Below are positions 38,041-41,211 of a stretch of 41,211 nt of DNA, piece after piece (position 1 is the first letter of the stretch; every line of letters starts with the position of its first letter). Location of the stretch: assembly GCA_958446945.1 (NCBI GenBank), contig CAUCYJ010000001.1:1-41211 (forward strand). The letters are read 5' to 3'. The DNA is from an uncultured Lachnospiraceae bacterium (GTDB lineage Bacteria; Bacillota; Clostridia; Lachnospirales; Lachnospiraceae). The translations under genes and the position numbers were made by a program. The notes under the pieces were generated by a model. That model saw only the letters and a program-made list of their open reading frames with translations. It searched no databases and had not been told where the DNA came from.

Positions 38041-39744
38041 TTACGACTCTGCAAGAATCCATTCTCCGCTCTTTAAAAATTCCTCTGCGGTTGCATCTGC
38101 TCTGCGGATAATCTCTTCGTCATATCCAATCATGCCAAGCAGACGAATTGCATTTCTTGAAGTCGCACGCCCCGGATATAAAATATAGTCAAATAGAATA
38201 TCATTTTCCACGATTTCTTCCTGAAAATGATAATTATCATAATCGGCTTCCAACATTTGCGTCAACTCGATATCGTGTGTTGCCGCAAAGCAAAGTACAT
38301 TGTTTCCTGCCAGACTTTTTAAAATCTGCGCGGATGCCGCAATACGCTCTACAGTATTCGTTCCTCGAAGCACCTCATCAATAAAGCAAAGAATTGGCCC
38401 TCCCTGATTTGTCGCATTCAGAATTCGCTTTAATGATTTGATTTCTACTATATAGTAGCTTTCCTGGCTATCAAGATCATCCCGCAGAGCCATTGAAGAA
38501 TACACTCGAAAAAAATTGGTTCGATAGGTATGTGCAAGACAGGTATGGATTGTCTGTGCCAAAATTCCATTGATTGCAATGGTTTTTAAAAACGTGGATT
38601 TTCCTGATGCATTTGAACCTGTAATCAGTACGCCTTTCTTTGTCCGGATTGTATTTGCTACCGGCTCCCGGATCATTGGATGATACACATCTTCTGCTTC
38701 CAGTTCTGTCCCCTGATTCTCCAGAAATTCCGGTAATACATAAAATGGAAGACTTTCCCGATAAGAAGCGATTGCAATATGTGCCTCCAATATTCCTAGA
38801 AGATCCATCAATCTGTAGATTTCTCGGCTTTTCTTCTGCACCTCTCCTAACATCTGGTTGAATACAATCAGGTCAATATGAAACAACATACGAATATAAT
38901 CTGCAAACACATCAAGCGCAGATCCCGACATTTTATCTCCGCCTGCAATCCATCCTGACTTTTTTTGAAATGCTCCGAAACTTTTGCGGATTTCTCTGAT
39001 TTCATTTATATATGAAGAAATTTCATTATCTTCTATGCGGCTAATCCGCTCTCCTGCCTTCAGCATCCGGATTAAATGTGTAAATGTTACGATGTATGGT
39101 TCAATCTCTCCCCGCTGTTTATAATAAACTCGGATATTCCCCCCTATATCTGCAAGCAAAACAAGAAATCCTACCGCTGGATTCAAAAAGCATCCAACTG
39201 CACAGAGCAGAAAAATAAAAATGGACAGATAATGTGGCATATTGCTTTTCGGCTTCAGCGATTCTAATGTCTGAATATAATCACAAATAGATACTTTCTT
39301 CGTTCGCCCAATTTCAAAATACTGCATCTGCAATTCCGTGCGGACTGTTTTTGCTTCTGCAAAATGTTTGATCAGCCGTTCTCTTTCCTGCATCTTCTCT
39401 TCCGACATTTCCGGTGTTCTTAACATATAATAAAGATACTCCTGTCCGACAGAAGAATATGTACGGTTCAGCATACAGAACACTCGATCCATATCCAAAT
39501 CATTCCAGGTAATGTCATCAATCACATGACTTTTTTCTTCTTGTCGTTTCAGCTTATTCTGATAATAGCGTGCAATATTTTCTAATTCTCCGCTTACATA
39601 TTCCCTGTCCGGAACATTTCCCCACTCCCGCTCAATCTTTCTTCTGCGCTTCAGGAGCTTGGCACGGCGACTCGCCGACATAACACTGTAAAAAATCAGA
39701 AGAACGGCAAGCACACTTCCTGTAATTAAAATGTCTGTTCCCAT
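38041..39744 (-). CDS. Membrane-anchored MutS-like ATPase (domain V only)
   Basis: N-terminal and internal TM segments; [42 protein letters not shown]; no mismatch-binding domain. Confidence 0.88.
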   Translation of the reverse strand: MGTDILITGSVLAVLLIFYSVMSASRRAKLLKRRRKIEREWGNVPDREYVSGELENIARYYQNKLKRQEEKSHVIDDITWNDLDMDRVFCMLNRTYSSVGQEYLYYMLRTPEMSEEKMQERERLIKHFAEAKTVRTELQMQYFEIGRTKKVSICDYIQTLESLKPKSNMPHYLSIFIFLLCAVGCFLNPAVGFLVLLADIGGNIRVYYKQRGEIEPYIVTFTHLIRMLKAGERISRIEDNEISSYINEIREIRKSFGAFQKKSGWIAGGDKMSGSALDVFADYIRMLFHIDLIVFNQMLGEVQKKSREIYRLMDLLGILEAHIAIASYRESLPFYVLPEFLENQGTELEAEDVYHPMIREPVANTIRTKKGVLITGSNASGKSTFLKTIAINGILAQTIHTCLAHTYRTNFFRVYSSMALRDDLDSQESYYIVEIKSLKRILNATNQGGPILCFIDEVLRGTNTVERIAASAQILKSLAGNNVLCFAATHDIELTQMLEADYDNYHFQEEIVENDILFDYILYPGRATSRNAIRLLGMIGYDEEIIRRADATAEEFLKSGEWILAES

Positions 39745-41211
39745 AAATTCTCTCCTTTTTGTACACTTTTTGCCAATGCGACAAGTGATTCCAATGTTGC
39801 TTCCTTTGCAGTCAATGTTTTCATGCCAAATGCCCTGGCTGCTTTTTCTGTCTGCTTCCCTATACAAAATGCATGCACCTGTCCGAGTTCTATCCCCTCT
39901 GCTGCATTGACAAATCCCCGGACAGTAGAAGCGCTTGTAAACATCGCATAGGTTCTTTCGTAGGAAAATTCTCGCCGAAGATCAATATATGCGTAACGCT
40001 CTTCTTCAACCTCGTAGAGCGGCGCATCTGTAATCTGCACCTGTTCTGCGCGCATCAGTTCCTCTAAAAGCTGAGGATTTCCCTGCGCTGCCCGTGCAAT
40101 CAGCACTTTTTCCCCGGCTTTTACCTTTTCTGCCAGAAGCCGGCCAAGATGAACCCCGTCGTATCTATCCGGAATGAGATCTGCATACCATCCATATGTT
40201 TCCATAATACTGGCTGTTCCCTCTCCAATGCATGCCAGTTTTAAATGAGATAATGTTCTCATATCGATTCTTCGTTCTCTCAGAAACTTCATCCACTGCT
40301 CCGCTCCGCTTGGACTTGTCAGTACAAACCACTGATAAGTATCTATTTCCGCAAGCGCTTTTTCAAGTATCTCAGTATTTGGGGTCGGATGCACTGCTAT
40401 AGCGGGAAATTCAAATACCTCAGCTCCCTCTTCTCTTAGCATCCGAGAGAGCCTTCCCTGCCTTTCTCTTGGTCTTGTCACAATAATCCGCATTCCGGAC
40501 AGAGGACGTTTTTCATACCAGGACATTTCTGACAAGCTGCACACATCTCCCACAAGAATGATTGCCGGGGAAGTAATCTGTTCTTCTTTTGCCTGACTTG
40601 CAAGTTCAGAAAGCGGCGCACATACTTTGCGCTGAGCTGCCGTTGTACCCTTTTCAAGCACTGCTGATGGTGTATTCGGGTTCATTCCCGCTTTTAGTAG
40701 TCCTTCTGTCACTTCCGGAAGTGAAGTCACACCCATTAAAAATACAAGCGTTCCTCCCATAGTTACAAGCGATTCAAATTCCTTTTCTGCAATTCCTCCT
40801 GCCTTTTTATGTGCAGTTACAATATGAAGAGAAGACGCCATATTTCTATGTGTGACAGGGATCCCTGCATATGCTGCGACAGAAATCGCTGATGTAATTC
40901 CCGGAACGATCTCATATGGAATCCCTTCCTTCAAAAGCAACTCTATCTCTTCTGCCCCCCGTCCAAAGACAAACGGATCTCCGCCTTTTAAACGTACTAC
41001 TTTTTTTCCTGATTTTGCCTCTCGCAATAGAATCTCATTAATTTCCTCCTGTGGAATCGGATGATGTCCAGAACGTTTCCCCACATCAATATATTCTGCA
41101 TCTTCCCTTCCGTACATTAGAATTCCCTGTCCAACAAGCCGGTCAAATACAATCACATCTGCTTCTTCCAGAAGACGTTTTCCCTTTACTGTAATCAATT
41201 CCACATCGGAA
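39726..41211 (-). CDS. cobA: Uroporphyrinogen-III C-methyltransferase / uroporphyrinogen-III synthase fusion (5' end outside the window)
   Basis: VVRLKGGDPFVFGRG, VPGITS, GIPVTHR; HemD part IIVTRP, LTSPSG, FTSASTV. The frame is open to the window edge (SDVELIT). Confidence 0.92.
   Translation of the reverse strand, partial: SDVELITVKGKRLLEEADVIVFDRLVGQGILMYGREDAEYIDVGKRSGHHPIPQEEINEILLREAKSGKKVVRLKGGDPFVFGRGAEEIELLLKEGIPYEIVPGITSAISVAAYAGIPVTHRNMASSLHIVTAHKKAGGIAEKEFESLVTMGGTLVFLMGVTSLPEVTEGLLKAGMNPNTPSAVLEKGTTAAQRKVCAPLSELASQAKEEQITSPAIILVGDVCSLSEMSWYEKRPLSGMRIIVTRPRERQGRLSRMLREEGAEVFEFPAIAVHPTPNTEILEKALAEIDTYQWFVLTSPSGAEQWMKFLRERRIDMRTLSHLKLACIGEGTASIMETYGWYADLIPDRYDGVHLGRLLAEKVKAGEKVLIARAAQGNPQLLEELMRAEQVQITDAPLYEVEEERYAYIDLRREFSYERTYAMFTSASTVRGFVNAAEGIELGQVHAFCIGKQTEKAARAFGMKTLTAKEATLESLVALAKSVQKGENLWEQTF

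Noticed and set aside
1..41211. CRISPR arrays, tRNA/rRNA genes, IS elements, prophage genes; frequent CCGGA/TCCGG words
   Set aside because: No periodic repeats, cloverleaf signatures or mobility ORFs were seen by eye. The CCGGA abundance is explained by CCG-GAx (Pro-Glu/Asp) codon usage.

Overview
Moderate-GC (visually about 40%) Firmicutes chromosomal segment; gene content (DUF5688, pyrB-pyrI, GGGtGRT pair, type A RNase P RNA, cobA-hemD fusion) suggests an anaerobic Clostridia member, most likely Lachnospiraceae (inference). Most of the window is housekeeping: cinA/pncC, pgsA, rimO, rpoZ, gmk, yicC, glyA, rqcH, pheA, pyrBI, rnpB, lysR-aspA, rnhA and cobA-hemD. The most notable part is a 7-gene operon (3624-10443) with a divergent XRE-cupin regulator. 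It encodes a proline-racemase-family epimerase, a multi-subunit flavin/Fe-S amino-acid dehydrogenase built like the archaeal alpha-beta-gamma-delta proline dehydrogenase, a DHDPS-fold deaminase and an aldehyde dehydrogenase, i.e. a putative oxidative hydroxyproline to 2-oxoglutarate route in an anaerobe. Other candidates are an uncharacterised IscU-like + GGGtGRT pair with a Rex-like operator, a GNAT-TM-extracytoplasmic RsiV/PdaC-like fusion, and a PNGase-like transglutaminase/CutC/aminopeptidase module. No CRISPR array, tRNA, rRNA, integrase or transposase was seen. All family assignments come from motif recognition by eye; no database searches were run.
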